Positions 1 to 11,250 of a DNA stretch of 64,000 nucleotides are shown piece after piece (the first letter of the stretch is position 1; each line of letters starts with the position of its first letter). The position numbers and the translations under genes were made by a program. The notes beneath the pieces were generated by a model. That model was not told the origin of the DNA and did not search any database. It worked only from the letters and a program-made list of their open reading frames with translations. The stretch lies in the NCBI RefSeq assembly GCF_054482525.1, contig NZ_CM137006.1. One strand, written 5' to 3'.

Positions 1-297
1 GCGTTGTTGCGTTACCACGATCCGGCAAACTGGCCGTTAATCCGCCAGGCGCTGGAAGCGATGGGCAAAAAGCATCTGATTGGCAGCCGTCGCGATTGCT
101 TAGTGCCTGCGCCAACCATTGAAGAGATGCGTGAAGCTCGTCGCCAGAACCGCAATACCCGTCCGGCGTTGACGAAACATACGCCGATGGCGACCCAGCG
201 TCAGACGCCTGCTACGGCAAAAAAAGCGTCGTCTACGCAATCTCGTCCGGTGAATGCTGGTGCGAAGAAACGGCCTAAAGCGGCGGTTGGACGTTAA
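1..297 (+). CDS. ygiQ: Radical-SAM family protein YgiQ, C-terminal fragment (5' end lies outside window); basic Lys/Arg/Thr-rich tail
   Basis: Open frame from base 1 to stop at 297; translation ends with the basic low-complexity tail; synteny with yqhH/yqhG downstream. Identity from recall, not searched. Confidence 0.55.
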   Translation, partial: ALLRYHDPANWPLIRQALEAMGKKHLIGSRRDCLVPAPTIEEMREARRQNRNTRPALTKHTPMATQRQTPATAKKASSTQSRPVNAGAKKRPKAAVGR

Positions 298-303
298 AAA
301 ATA

Positions 304-339
304 TCCCCGGCAACTGACACGCTACCGGGGATTTTTTTA
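304..339. terminator. GC-rich hairpin (ccccgg...ccgggg) followed by T-run; likely bidirectional terminator between convergent ygiQ and yqhH
   Basis: Inverted repeat ccccggcaactgacacgctaccgggg followed by attttttt read directly from sequence. Confidence 0.6.
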
Positions 340-597
340 TCATTCTGCGTACATACGCAAGCAGCGCAGGCAATCAAAATAGTCCTGAGCATCAAGACGC
401 GTATTGGCTCTGTTAGCTTCGGATTTGGCAGCATAGATTTGTGGGCGTAGTGCTTTCATATCCTGCTCAAGCCGGGCGATTTTGGCATTTAATGTTTGCA
501 CATTGCTCGCCAGCTGATTGACCTTTTGCTCATTGACGCAGCCACTGAGCAAGCAGGTTGCCAGAACAACAGCTCCCACGGTGAAAATCGTTTTCAT
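340..597 (-). CDS. yqhH: Lpp-like small lipoprotein (signal peptide + lipobox LSGC, coiled-coil body)
   Basis: 85-aa ORF; N-terminal hydrophobic signal ending LLSGC; heptad-like body resembling Braun lipoprotein. Confidence 0.8.
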
Positions 598-647
598 ATA
601 GTGTTCCCTTTTATTTATTGTTCCGGCTAATTGTTATTTAATTCAGC

Positions 648-1574
648 TCATTGCTTTAATCTGGCGGCAGTTTTTGCCTCAATCTGCTTAAGTAGGCTGC
701 CGCTGTTCGGGCGGATAAAATCAGCGATTTCCCACTTGCCTTCGCGCCGCTGTAAAACCAGTTCTTGCTCTTCGTTGTTGCCATTGGTCAGCGTAAAACG
801 AACATGAATGCGGGCGGAATCGGCGGTTTTCTCCAGGACTCGAATTTCATCAACGCGTGAAAATAGCGACTCTTCGCCAAAACAGATCGGATTGTCGTAA
901 ATAAATTGCCGTTCTATTTGCATATCTTCATCGGGATTATTGGCCGTCTTGAAGGTGGTTTTATAGAAGGCATTAACCGCCTGGCGGTAAGAGTCGGAAA
1001 CCACCCACGTCCACGGCCAGCTATAATCAGCAATATGTTCAAAGAGTTCGGCAACAAAGGCTTCCGGCTGTTCTTTTTGCAACGAAGCTAAAGCGGCCAG
1101 CGTTTTTTCATTCTCGCTATTAACTGCTTGTAAGACGCTGCCATGATTGCTGACAATATCGTCAATGACCCAACGACCATTTTCCGCCACCATTTTCAGT
1201 GTCTGCGTGGTCTTTTCTTTATCATCTTTAAAGATACGAAAGCGCACAACGGCATCGGCATGATCGGCGTCAGTTTGGGTTATCGCAACGCTTTCTAGCA
1301 CCAGATCGCCAAAATCCTGACAATCACAAACCGGATCATAATCCAGCCAGCCAATATTGCCCGGCAGCGTAAGATTGTCGTTCAGGGTAAGCGCCTGTTG
1401 AATACGCGCAGAAGTTATCGCCCGCTCTCCAGTTTCACCAAAATAAGGGGCAGTGGCATCTGATTTATAGTTCTGATAAATATGCCGGACTGTTTGTTCT
1501 ACGGTCTGTGAGGGGGGCTGTGCGTGTACGGTAAAACTTGCCAGGGCTGCTAAAAACAGAAGTATTATTTTCAT
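648..1574 (-). CDS. yqhG: Periplasmic protein of unknown function (YqhG family), signal peptide present
   Basis: 308-aa ORF with N-terminal signal peptide (MKIILLFLAALASFTVHA); position between yqhH and dkgA. Confidence 0.8.
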   Translation of the reverse strand: MKIILLFLAALASFTVHAQPPSQTVEQTVRHIYQNYKSDATAPYFGETGERAITSARIQQALTLNDNLTLPGNIGWLDYDPVCDCQDFGDLVLESVAITQTDADHADAVVRFRIFKDDKEKTTQTLKMVAENGRWVIDDIVSNHGSVLQAVNSENEKTLAALASLQKEQPEAFVAELFEHIADYSWPWTWVVSDSYRQAVNAFYKTTFKTANNPDEDMQIERQFIYDNPICFGEESLFSRVDEIRVLEKTADSARIHVRFTLTNGNNEEQELVLQRREGKWEIADFIRPNSGSLLKQIEAKTAARLKQ

Positions 1575-1773
1575 CTGTTTTTCACCTCTCCGTTGCGTTT
1601 ATCCCGGATATAGATGAGTTGTTCTTTTAAGAGCTTCCGGCTCTGCATGATGATGTCCTTATATTTGGCATTCCTGAACAAGGAAGAGTAACAACGGGCG
1701 GGACGCGAGGGGAATAAATGATTTCTGAAAAGTCCGGTAGCGGAACATTACCGCCACCGGGAGAATTTGCATG

Positions 1774-2601
1774 TTAGCCGCCGAACTGGTCAGGATCGGG
1801 ACCGAGACGCTTGCCCTGATCGAGTTTTGCAATTTCGCCGAGTTCGTCTTTGTCGAGACGGAAATCCCAGACATCAAAGTTTTCGGCAATACGTGAAGGT
1901 GTGACCGATTTCGGGATCACCACCAGGCCGCTATCCAGATGCCAGCGGATAACAATCTGCGCCGGGGTTTTGCCGTATTTATCTGCCAGATCGCGAATGA
2001 CTTTCTGATCGAAAACGCCTTTCCCTCCTTGCGCTAATGGGCTCCAGGATTCGGTCTGGATTTTGTGTGTCGCGTTCCAGGCGTGTAGCTGGCGTTGTTG
2101 CATCAGCGGATGAAGTTCGATCTGGTTTATCACAGGCGTCACGCCAGTTTCATCAATCAGGCGTTGCAGGTGATGGATCTGGAAGTTGCACACGCCGATG
2201 CTTTTGATTAATCCCTCTTTTTGCAATTCGATCATGCCTTTCCATGCTTCGACATAATGGTCGATAGCGGGAACGGGCCAGTGCATTAAGTAGAGGTCGA
2301 TATAATCAAGCTGGAGTTTTTTCAGGCTGTCGAGCAGGGCTTCGCGGGGGCGCTTGTGGTCGTCGTTCCACAGCTTAGTGGTGATGAACAGTTCTTCTCT
2401 GTTGACTGAGGCATTTTTCAGGGCTTTGCCGACACCTTCTTCGTTCTTGTAGGCCGCGGCGGTATCAATCGAGCGATAACCCACTTCTAACGCTTTTTGA
2501 ATGGCGGTGATTACTTCCTCATTACTTGCTTGCCAGACGCCCAGTCCCAGCTGGGGCATGACATTGCCATCCTGTAGCTTAATAACGGTTGGATTAGCCA
2601 T
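1774..2601 (-). CDS. dkgA: Aldo-keto reductase, 2,5-diketo-D-gluconate reductase A / methylglyoxal reductase
   Basis: 275-aa ORF, AKR family signature; conserved position downstream of yqhD. Confidence 0.9.
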   Translation of the reverse strand: MANPTVIKLQDGNVMPQLGLGVWQASNEEVITAIQKALEVGYRSIDTAAAYKNEEGVGKALKNASVNREELFITTKLWNDDHKRPREALLDSLKKLQLDYIDLYLMHWPVPAIDHYVEAWKGMIELQKEGLIKSIGVCNFQIHHLQRLIDETGVTPVINQIELHPLMQQRQLHAWNATHKIQTESWSPLAQGGKGVFDQKVIRDLADKYGKTPAQIVIRWHLDSGLVVIPKSVTPSRIAENFDVWDFRLDKDELGEIAKLDQGKRLGPDPDQFGG

Positions 2602-2705
2602 ACGTTCCTCCTTTATATGAACTCACCGGAGCAGGCTCCGGTGAGGTGTTGTGAACTTAAGTCTGGACGAAATGCCCGAAAACGAAAGTTTGAGGCGTAA
2701 AAAGC

Positions 2706-3869
2706 TTAGCGGGCGGCTTCGTATATACGGCGGCTGACATCCAACGTAATGTCATGATTTTCGCCCAGTTGGGTCATGCCGTGCTCTTCCAGTTTTTTCA
2801 GCAAAGCCGGGATGGAGCTGCCGTCCAGACCGTAGTCGGAGAGGTGGGTCGGCACGCCTAATTGCTCAAAGAAATTGCGGGTTGCGGCAATCGCGGCGTC
2901 AATACGCTCATCGTCGGAACCTTCAGTGATGTTCCAGACGCGTTCAGCATATTGCAGCAGCTTAGCGCGCTTGGTATCGCGTTTTTCATTCCACAGTGCA
3001 GGCAGGACGATAGCCAGTGTTTGTGCGTGATCCAGACCGTGCATCGCAGTCAGTTCGTGGCCCAGCATATGCGTTGCCCAGTCCTGCGGTACGCCAGCGC
3101 CGATCAAACCGTTCAGCGCCTGAGTCGCCGCCCACATAACGTTGGCGCGCACATCGTAGTTTTCTGGCTCTTTCAGGGCTTTCGGACCATCTTCGATCAG
3201 CGTCAACAAAATGCCTTCTGCGAAACGGTCCTGAATTTTGGCATCAACCGGTTTGGTAACATACTGTTCCACGGTGTGCACAAAGGCATCCACTACACCG
3301 TTAGCCACCTGACGCGGCGGCAGGGTGTAGGTATAAACCGGATCGAGCACGGCAAATACCGGCTGAACATGGGCAGAATGGAATGCCTGCTTGTCGCCTG
3401 TGGTTTTACGGGAGATCACCGCGCCTGCGTTGGATTCTGAACCGGTTGCTGGCAGCGTCAGCACACAGCCCATCGGGATGGCGCTTTTAATCTCTTTACC
3501 GCCCGTTTGCAGAATGTGCCACGGATCGATATTTTCCGGATAGTTAGCCGCTGCGGCGATAAATTTGGTGCCGTCCAGTACAGAACCGCCGCCAACCGCC
3601 AGCAGGAAAGTCACTTTTTGTTCGCGAACCAGTTTCACGGCGTTCATCAGCGTTTCATAAGCCGGGTTTGGCTCAATACCGCCAAATTCCAGCACGTCCA
3701 TGCCTTTCAGGGCATCCAGAACTTGATCGAGAACGCCGGTTTTTTTCACGCTGCCGCCGCCGTAGGTAATCAATACGCGAGCATCGTGAGGAATTTGTTC
3801 GCGTAAACCAGCGATTGCGCCTTTACCAAACAGAATGCGGGTTGGGGTGTGCAGATTAAAGTTGTTCAT
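2706..3869 (-). CDS. yqhD: NADPH-dependent aldehyde reductase (iron-containing alcohol dehydrogenase family)
   Basis: Track ORF 2706-3893; start set to in-frame ATG giving [17 protein letters not shown] (387 aa), GGGS dinucleotide-binding motif present. Confidence 0.9.
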   Translation of the reverse strand: MNNFNLHTPTRILFGKGAIAGLREQIPHDARVLITYGGGSVKKTGVLDQVLDALKGMDVLEFGGIEPNPAYETLMNAVKLVREQKVTFLLAVGGGSVLDGTKFIAAAANYPENIDPWHILQTGGKEIKSAIPMGCVLTLPATGSESNAGAVISRKTTGDKQAFHSAHVQPVFAVLDPVYTYTLPPRQVANGVVDAFVHTVEQYVTKPVDAKIQDRFAEGILLTLIEDGPKALKEPENYDVRANVMWAATQALNGLIGAGVPQDWATHMLGHELTAMHGLDHAQTLAIVLPALWNEKRDTKRAKLLQYAERVWNITEGSDDERIDAAIAATRNFFEQLGVPTHLSDYGLDGSSIPALLKKLEEHGMTQLGENHDITLDVSRRIYEAAR

Positions 3870-4005
3870 TACTTGCTCCCTTTGCTGGGTCAATATGAGG
3901 GCAGAGATCGGTCTGCCTGATGTTTTTCATTGTGGTCGCCAGCGCCGTACCTCTCAATGCTCATTTCTGCCAATGTCTTGCCTATTTCTCCAGAGTGCTG
4001 GAGAA

Positions 4006-4962
4006 ATGCTACAAAATTGCGCACAATCAAATTGCCGCATTATTCCTAAGAAATTACGCGATATGAAACGTGAAGAGATTTGCCGCTTGCTGGCGGATAA
4101 AGTTAATAAACTGAAAAATAAAGAAAATAGTTTGTCAGAGCTGTTGCCCGATGTGCGTTTGTTGTATGGCGAGACGCCTTTCGCACGCACACCGGTGATG
4201 TACGAGCCTGGCATCATAATTCTCTTTTCCGGACATAAAATCGGTTATATCAATGAACGCGTGTTTCGTTATGATGCCAATGAATACCTGCTGCTGACGG
4301 TGCCGTTGCCGTTTGAGTGCGAAACCTATGCCACGTCAGAGGTGCCGCTGGCAGGGTTGCGTCTCAATGTCGATATTTTGCAGTTACAGGAACTGTTGAT
4401 GGACATTGGCGAAGATGAGCATTTCCAGCCGTCGATGGCAGCCAGCGGGATTAACTCTGCCACGTTATCAGAAGAGATTTTATGCGCGGCGGAGCGGTTA
4501 CTCGACGTGATGGAGCGACCGCTGGATGCGCGTATTCTCGGCAAACAGATCATCCGCGAAATTCTGTACTACGTGCTGACCGGACCTTGCGGTGGCGCGT
4601 TACTGGCACTGGTCAGCCGCCAGACTCACTTCAGCCTGATTAGCCGCGTGCTGAAACGGATTGAGAATAAATACACCGAAAACCTGAGCGTCGAGCAACT
4701 GGCGGCAGAAGCCAACATGAGCGTATCGGCGTTCCACCATAATTTTAAGTCTGTCACCAGCACCTCGCCGTTGCAGTATTTGAAGAATTACCGTCTGCAT
4801 AAGGCGCGGATGATGATCATCCACGACGGCATGAAAGCCAGTGCGGCAGCGATGCGCGTCGGTTACGAAAGCGCATCGCAATTTAGCCGTGAGTTTAAAC
4901 GTTACTTTGGTGTGACGCCGGGGGAAGATGCGGCAAGAATGCGGGCGATGCAGGGGTATTAA
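4006..4962 (+). CDS. yqhC: AraC-family transcriptional activator of yqhD-dkgA
   Basis: Track ORF 3835-4962; in-frame ATG at 4006 gives 318 aa; C-terminal AraC HTH region; divergent from yqhD. Confidence 0.85.
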   Translation: MLQNCAQSNCRIIPKKLRDMKREEICRLLADKVNKLKNKENSLSELLPDVRLLYGETPFARTPVMYEPGIIILFSGHKIGYINERVFRYDANEYLLLTVPLPFECETYATSEVPLAGLRLNVDILQLQELLMDIGEDEHFQPSMAASGINSATLSEEILCAAERLLDVMERPLDARILGKQIIREILYYVLTGPCGGALLALVSRQTHFSLISRVLKRIENKYTENLSVEQLAAEANMSVSAFHHNFKSVTSTSPLQYLKNYRLHKARMMIIHDGMKASAAAMRVGYESASQFSREFKRYFGVTPGEDAARMRAMQGY

Positions 4963-5001
4963 ATACGTTCCCGGTACAGCAGCCGGGAACGGGGAAAATC
5001 G

Positions 5002-5661
5002 TCAGGCGTTACAGTATTTTTTTTTAATCACCACAAACAGCGTGCCTAACAAGCCAGCGGTTAACAAGGCAATTGGCAGGATCATCAGGAACGTCATTAC
5101 CTGATCTTCATGGCGTTTAACGAACGGAATCATGCTTAAGGCATAGCCGAAACTGGTTACTACGCTGACCCACAGCAATCCGCTTAACCAGTTGAAAAAC
5201 TGGAAACGGCGGTTTGGCAGACCGGAAATTCCCGCCATGGTTGGCAGCAACGTACGGACAAATGCAAGAAAACGTCCAGCCAGCAGCGCCAGCAGACCGT
5301 GGCGGTCAAACATGCAGGTGGCGCGCTGGTGATATTTAGCAGGAAGCTGTGCCAGCCAGCCTTTCACCGTTTTGGTATTCCCTAACCAGCGCCCCTGAAT
5401 ATAACTTAACCAGCAGCCCAGACTTGCTGCGGCGGTCAGAATCGCAATCGTAGGCAGAAAATCCATAACCCCCTGGGCAATCAATGCGCCAGCCAATATC
5501 AACAAGCTGTCGCCTGGCAAAAATGAGGCGGGCAGCAGGCCGTTTTCTAAAAACAGCGTGGCAAACATGACAAAGTAAACAACGCTAACAATATGAGGAT
5601 CCGCCAGCGCGGCAAAGTCGTGTTGCCAGAGCGCAGCGATGATATCTTGAATAACAGCCAT
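5002..5661 (-). CDS. yghB: DedA-family inner membrane protein
   Basis: 219-aa hydrophobic ORF; DedA-like; conserved position beside metC. Confidence 0.85.
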
Positions 5662-5800
5662 GGACTTTCCTGTGGAACAGCGTTTAAGCCTTTATCTGCC
5701 TATTGTACTCCTGAATCGTCCGGGACGCCTTGATCCCGGACGCAACAATTTAAGACTTTTCACAATAAAATGTCTGCAAAATTGTCCAAAAGTGGCAATG

Positions 5801-6988
5801 TTATACAATTCGCGCAAAACCGGCGTCCAGATCGGCAATCAGATCGTCGACATCTTCCAGACCAATATGCAGGCGAATCAAGGTCCCGCTAAAATCGATC
5901 TCGCCTTGTGGACGAATGGCGGCGATATGTTCTGGTTGATTTGCCAGGATCAACGATTCATAACCGCCCCACGAGTAGGCCATGCTGAATAAACTGAAGT
6001 TATCCAGATAGTTCACCAGCTCTTCATCATTGAGTTTTTTCTTAAGCACAAAGGAAAATAGCCCGCTGCTACCTGTAAAGTCTCGTTTCCAGAATTCGTG
6101 GCCTTTACTGCCAGGCAGAGCAGGGTGGTTAACTCGCGCTACTTGCGGATGTTCTGCCAGCCATTCAGCCACTTTCAGACTGCTTTCATGATGTTGACGC
6201 AGGCGAACACCCAAAGTGCGCAGGCCACGGCTGGTTATATAGGCGGTATCGGCATCGACCATCTGCCCCATCAGATAGGCATTCTCCCGCAGCTGCTCCC
6301 AGCAACGGGCATTGCATACGGCAGTACCAATCATCGCATCTGAATGCCCCACCAGATATTTGGTGGCTGCCTGAATGGAAACATCAATGCCAAAATCCAG
6401 CGCCTTAAACAGCACACCGGCCGCCCAGGTGTTATCGATCATAATGATGGCATCCGGCACCACACTGCGCACGGCGGCAACAATCGCCGGAACGTCGTGG
6501 ACTTCCATGGTGATGGAGCCTGGGGATTCCAGAAACACGATTTTAGTGTTTGGCTGCACATGTTTAACGATATTTGCGCCAATCAGCGGATCAAACCACG
6601 ATGTCGTTACGCCCAGTTTGCTGAGGATTTTGCTACAGAAATCCTGACTCGGTTCATAGGCGGTGTTGGTCATCAACACATGATCGCCCTGTTCGACAAA
6701 AGCAAGAATAGAATTAGCAACCGCCGCCGCCCCGCAGGGGAACAGCACGCAGCCTGCGCCACCCTCCAGTTCGCACATCGCTTGTTGTAAGGAAAAATGG
6801 GTTAACGTTCCGCGCCGTCCATAAAACAACTCGCCATTGGCGCGATTGCGCGTCGCGTGTTTTTTGGCTTCCACACTGTCAAAGACCAGCGAAGAAGCGC
6901 GCTGAATCACGCTATTTACCGCGCCGAGAGTGTATTTTTTGCTGCGTCCTGCGTTCACCAGTTGAGTATCAAGCTTTTTGTCCGCCAT
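5801..6988 (-). CDS. metC: Cystathionine beta-lyase (PLP-dependent)
   Basis: Track ORF 5801-7123; in-frame ATG at 6988 gives [15 protein letters not shown]... 395 aa; PLP-enzyme family. Confidence 0.9.
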   Translation of the reverse strand: MADKKLDTQLVNAGRSKKYTLGAVNSVIQRASSLVFDSVEAKKHATRNRANGELFYGRRGTLTHFSLQQAMCELEGGAGCVLFPCGAAAVANSILAFVEQGDHVLMTNTAYEPSQDFCSKILSKLGVTTSWFDPLIGANIVKHVQPNTKIVFLESPGSITMEVHDVPAIVAAVRSVVPDAIIMIDNTWAAGVLFKALDFGIDVSIQAATKYLVGHSDAMIGTAVCNARCWEQLRENAYLMGQMVDADTAYITSRGLRTLGVRLRQHHESSLKVAEWLAEHPQVARVNHPALPGSKGHEFWKRDFTGSSGLFSFVLKKKLNDEELVNYLDNFSLFSMAYSWGGYESLILANQPEHIAAIRPQGEIDFSGTLIRLHIGLEDVDDLIADLDAGFARIV

Positions 6989-7002
6989 GTCGGGATTCCT
7001 GT

Positions 7003-7032
7003 TTTTATACGTCTGGATGTCTAAACTAGCAT
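7003..7032 (-). promoter_or_regulatory. Putative MetJ operator (tandem met-box-like 8-mers) upstream of metC
   Basis: Reverse complement reads AGACATCC AGACGTAT, resembling tandem AGACGTCT met boxes; located 15-45 bp upstream of metC start. Confidence 0.45.
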
Positions 7033-7151
7033 GAATATTCGCGGGCGCATCCTGAAGAATTGGCATAAAGCAGAAAATTTTCGCAAATGGCGTGCTGGTG
7101 ACTTTTTTACTGCGTAAACGCAAGGAAAAGAAAGCAAAGGTACGGCAGTAT

Positions 7152-7180
7152 GCAAATAGTAATGAGAACGACTATCAATT
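7152..7180 (+). promoter_or_regulatory. Putative Fur box in exbB promoter region
   Basis: AAATAGTAATGAGAACGACTATC resembles Fur consensus hexamer repeats; exbBD is known to be iron/Fur regulated. Coordinates approximate. Confidence 0.4.
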
Positions 7181-7239
7181 CGACGTCGTTTTGATATTAT
7201 TATGCGCAGATTTTGTGACTTGCGTCCTGGAGATACACA

Positions 7240-7974
7240 GTGGGTAATAATTTAATGCAGACGGACCTTTCCGTCTGGGGTATGTATCAGCACGCCGATA
7301 TTGTCGTTAAGTGCGTGATGATTGGGCTTATTTTGGCCTCCGTAGTCACCTGGGCAATCTTCTTCAGTAAGAGCGTAGAGTTCTTCAATCAGAAGCGTCG
7401 CCTTAAGCGCGAGCAGCAACTGCTGGCTGAAGCGCGTTCCTTAAACCAGGCCAACGATATCGCCGCTGATTTTGGTAGCAAAAGCTTAAGCCTGCATTTG
7501 CTCAATGAAGCGCAGAATGAGCTGGAACTGTCAGAAGGCAGCGACGATAACGAAGGTATTAAAGAACGTACCAGCTTCCGTCTGGAGCGTCGGGTCGCCG
7601 CAGTAGGTCGTCAAATGGGCCGCGGTAACGGCTATCTGGCAACCATCGGCGCGATTTCGCCGTTCGTTGGTCTGTTTGGTACGGTCTGGGGCATCATGAA
7701 CAGCTTTATTGGTATCGCGCAAACGCAGACCACTAACCTGGCAGTCGTTGCGCCGGGTATCGCAGAAGCTCTGTTAGCAACGGCAATCGGCCTCGTGGCA
7801 GCGATTCCGGCGGTCGTTATCTATAACGTATTTGCACGCCAGATTGGCGGCTTTAAAGCGATGCTGGGTGATGTTGCAGCGCAGGTATTGTTGCTGCAAA
7901 GCCGTGACCTGGATCTGGAAGCCAGCGCCGCTGCGCATCCGGTTCGTGTCGCACAAAAATTACGCGCAGGATAA
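7240..7974 (+). CDS. exbB: TonB-system energiser, inner membrane proton channel ExbB
   Basis: 244-aa ORF, MotA/TolQ/ExbB family. Confidence 0.95.
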   Translation: MGNNLMQTDLSVWGMYQHADIVVKCVMIGLILASVVTWAIFFSKSVEFFNQKRRLKREQQLLAEARSLNQANDIAADFGSKSLSLHLLNEAQNELELSEGSDDNEGIKERTSFRLERRVAAVGRQMGRGNGYLATIGAISPFVGLFGTVWGIMNSFIGIAQTQTTNLAVVAPGIAEALLATAIGLVAAIPAVVIYNVFARQIGGFKAMLGDVAAQVLLLQSRDLDLEASAAAHPVRVAQKLRAG

Positions 7975-7980
7975 TGTCCG

Positions 7981-8406
7981 ATGGCAATGCATCTTAACGA
8001 AAACCTCGACGATAATGGCGAAATGCATGATATCAACGTGACGCCGTTTATCGACGTGATGTTGGTTCTGCTGATTATCTTTATGGTGGCGGCACCGTTA
8101 GCGACGGTAGATGTGAAGGTGAACTTGCCTGCTTCTACCAGCACGCCGCAGCCGCGCCCGGAAAAACCGGTTTATCTGTCGGTGAAGGCGGACAACTCGA
8201 TGTTTATCGGTAACGATCCGGTCACCGATGAAACAATGGTTACGGCGCTGAATGCGTTAACTGAAGGTAAGAAAGACACCACCATCTTCTTCCGTGCGGA
8301 TAAAACCGTCGATTACGAGACGTTGATGAAGGTAATGGATACGCTGCATCAGGCGGGTTATCTGAAGATAGGTCTGGTCGGCGAAGAAACCGCCAAAGCG
8401 AAATAA
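7981..8406 (+). CDS. exbD: TonB-system component ExbD
   Basis: 141-aa ORF immediately downstream of exbB. Confidence 0.95.
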   Translation: MAMHLNENLDDNGEMHDINVTPFIDVMLVLLIIFMVAAPLATVDVKVNLPASTSTPQPRPEKPVYLSVKADNSMFIGNDPVTDETMVTALNALTEGKKDTTIFFRADKTVDYETLMKVMDTLHQAGYLKIGLVGEETAKAK

Positions 8407-8410
8407 AAAT

Positions 8411-8447
8411 GATGCCCGGTTGCTTTTCACAACCGGGCATTTTTTTA
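8411..8447. terminator. Rho-independent terminator (bidirectional) between exbD and yghA
   Basis: atgcccggttg...caaccgggcat inverted repeat followed by ttttttt. Confidence 0.7.
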
Positions 8448-9329
8448 ACCTAAATGCTCGCCGCCGCACACACCGTGCACTTCTGCGGTGACGTAGCTCG
8501 ACTCCTGACTTGCCAGATAAACATATACAGGGGCCAGTTCCGCCGGTTGCCCCGCACGCTTCATCGGCGTTTTCTGACCAAACTGCGGGATCTTATCCTG
8601 CGTCTGTCCGCCGGAAATTTGCAGTGCTGTCCAGATCGGGCCTGGCGCGACAATATTCACCCGAATACCTTTCTCCGCGACCTGTTTTGCCAGGCCTCGG
8701 CTGTAGTTCAGAATCGCCGCCTTCGTAGCCGCATAGTCCAGTAAATGCGGGCTTGGCTGGTATGCCTGGATTGACGAAGTGGTGATGATACTGGCACCTT
8801 TCGGTAGCAGGGGTATCGCTTCCTGGGTTAGCCAGAACAGCGCGAAAACGTTAATGGCAAAGGTCTTTTGAAACTGTTCGCTGGTGAGGTCTGCAATATC
8901 AGGAATGGCAACCTGTTTCCCGGCGACCAGCGCCATAATATCCAGCCCGCCTAACGCCTTGTGCGCTTCGTGAACCAGCGAACGGGCGAATTTCTCATCG
9001 CTTAAATCGCCTGGCAGCAGAACGGCTTTGCGTCCGCATTCTTCAATGATCTTTTTCACATCCTGAGCGTCTTGTTCTTCTACGGGAAGATAACTAATCG
9101 CCACGTCAGCCCCTTCACGCGCGTAAGCAATGGCGGCAGCGCGACCGATTCCGGAATCGCCCCCTGTCACCAGTGCTTTACGATCTTTCAGGCGACCGCT
9201 ACCAACATAGGTTTTCTCGCCGCAATCCGGTACCGGTGTCATCTTCGCCTGGATGCCTGGCGTCGGTTGTTTCTGTTTGGGATATTCACCAGTGTAATAC
9301 TGCGTGGTCGGGTCTTTTAAATGAGACAT
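8445..9329 (-). CDS. yghA: Short-chain dehydrogenase/reductase (SDR) family oxidoreductase
   Basis: 294-aa [13 protein letters not shown] glycine-rich NAD(P)-binding motif. Confidence 0.85.
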   Translation of the reverse strand: MSHLKDPTTQYYTGEYPKQKQPTPGIQAKMTPVPDCGEKTYVGSGRLKDRKALVTGGDSGIGRAAAIAYAREGADVAISYLPVEEQDAQDVKKIIEECGRKAVLLPGDLSDEKFARSLVHEAHKALGGLDIMALVAGKQVAIPDIADLTSEQFQKTFAINVFALFWLTQEAIPLLPKGASIITTSSIQAYQPSPHLLDYAATKAAILNYSRGLAKQVAEKGIRVNIVAPGPIWTALQISGGQTQDKIPQFGQKTPMKRAGQPAELAPVYVYLASQESSYVTAEVHGVCGGEHLG

Positions 9330-9450
9330 CGTTTTTCTCCCTTCAGGTTCAACGTCCTTTAAGGGTAGACGCTCTCGATGCGTTGATAAGGGAACCAGGA
9401 AGATCCCTAAACCTCGGATTTATGCGACAAAGGTTTAACGGATATGTTGA

Positions 9451-10014
<564 letters not shown>

Positions 10015-10016
10015 TC

Positions 10017-10048
10017 TGATTCGGGCGCGGTTCTCGCGCCCGTTATTA
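10017..10048. terminator. GC hairpin between convergent yqhA and yghZ
   Basis: gggcgcggttctcgcgccc inverted repeat; no strong T-run, so weak. Confidence 0.45.
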
Positions 10049-10053
10049 ACAGG

Positions 10054-11094
10054 TCATTTATCGGAAGACGCCTGCCACAGATTCAGCTCGCCATCGGCGA
10101 TATGCTGATCAATCTGCGCCAGCTCCTCGGTGCTAAATGTCAGATTATTCAGCGCCTGCACGTTCTCCTCAAGTTGCTCCGCGCGGCTGGCACCAATCAA
10201 TACCGACGTCACTCGCTCATCTTTCAGCAACCAGCTTAACGCCATTTGCGCCATTGATTGTCCACGCTGCTGTGCCATTTCATTCAATAAGCGCAGGCTG
10301 TTGAGGTTGGCTTCGGTGAGCATTTTCGGCGTCAGACCACGAACTTTATTCCCTTCACGATGCATCCGTGAATCTTGCGGAATGCCGTTGAGATATTTTC
10401 CGGTCAGCAATCCCTGAGCCAGAGGAGTAAAGGCAATGCAGCCCACGCCGTTATTTTGCAGGGTATCCAGCAGGCCGCTTTTATCCACCCAGCGGTTCAG
10501 TAAATTGTACGAAGGTTGATGAATTAACAGCGGAATTTTCCACTCGCGCAGTAACTCGACCATTTTTTGCGTCCGCTCTGGCGAGTAAGAGGAGATCCCG
10601 ACATACAGCGCCTTACCGCTTTGTACCGCATGAGCCAGCGCAGAGGCGGTTTCTTCCATCGGCGTATTTTCATCGACGCGATGAGAGTAAAAGATATCGA
10701 CATACTCAAGCCCCATACGCTTCAGGCTTTGGTCGAGGCTGGCGAGCAGGTATTTACGTGAACCGCCAGAGCCGTAAGGGCCGGGCCACATATCGTAGCC
10801 AGCCTTGGTAGAGATAATCAGTTCATCGCGATAAGCGGCAAAATCCTCCCGCAGCAGGCGACCAAAGTTCTCTTCTGCGCTTCCTGGAGGCGGCCCGTAA
10901 TTATTGGCTAAATCAAAGTGCGTAATGCCCAAATCAAACGCTTTACGCAGGATCGCACGCTGTGATTCCAGCGCGTTAACGTGACCGAAATTGTGCCATA
11001 AACCGAGCGATAACGCGGGCAGGCGCAAACCACTTTTTCCGCAATAGCGGTACTGCATCTGCCCGTAACGTTCGGGATTCGCTAACCAGACCAT
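10054..11094 (-). CDS. yghZ: Aldo-keto reductase (L-glyceraldehyde 3-phosphate reductase type)
   Basis: 346-aa ORF, AKR family. Confidence 0.9.
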   Translation of the reverse strand: MVWLANPERYGQMQYRYCGKSGLRLPALSLGLWHNFGHVNALESQRAILRKAFDLGITHFDLANNYGPPPGSAEENFGRLLREDFAAYRDELIISTKAGYDMWPGPYGSGGSRKYLLASLDQSLKRMGLEYVDIFYSHRVDENTPMEETASALAHAVQSGKALYVGISSYSPERTQKMVELLREWKIPLLIHQPSYNLLNRWVDKSGLLDTLQNNGVGCIAFTPLAQGLLTGKYLNGIPQDSRMHREGNKVRGLTPKMLTEANLNSLRLLNEMAQQRGQSMAQMALSWLLKDERVTSVLIGASRAEQLEENVQALNNLTFSTEELAQIDQHIADGELNLWQASSDK

Positions 11095-11250
11095 GACCTC
11101 TCCTTTCCACCGTTCAATTTCGAAACAATGTTTCTAGTTTAGCGATTCGCCAGCGCGTATCCCGTAGTCTGGCTCACAGAGTGACGAAAAACTGGGCAAA
11201 AACACGTGCTTATGCTTTGCTTAAAAAAACACCAGCTGAGGAGTGCAACG

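Noticed and set aside
11206..11250. Upstream alternative start for yghX (track ORF begins 11206)
   Set aside because: The ATG at 11251 has a gaggag Shine-Dalgarno at proper spacing and yields a Tat-like N-terminus; the upstream codons lack an RBS.
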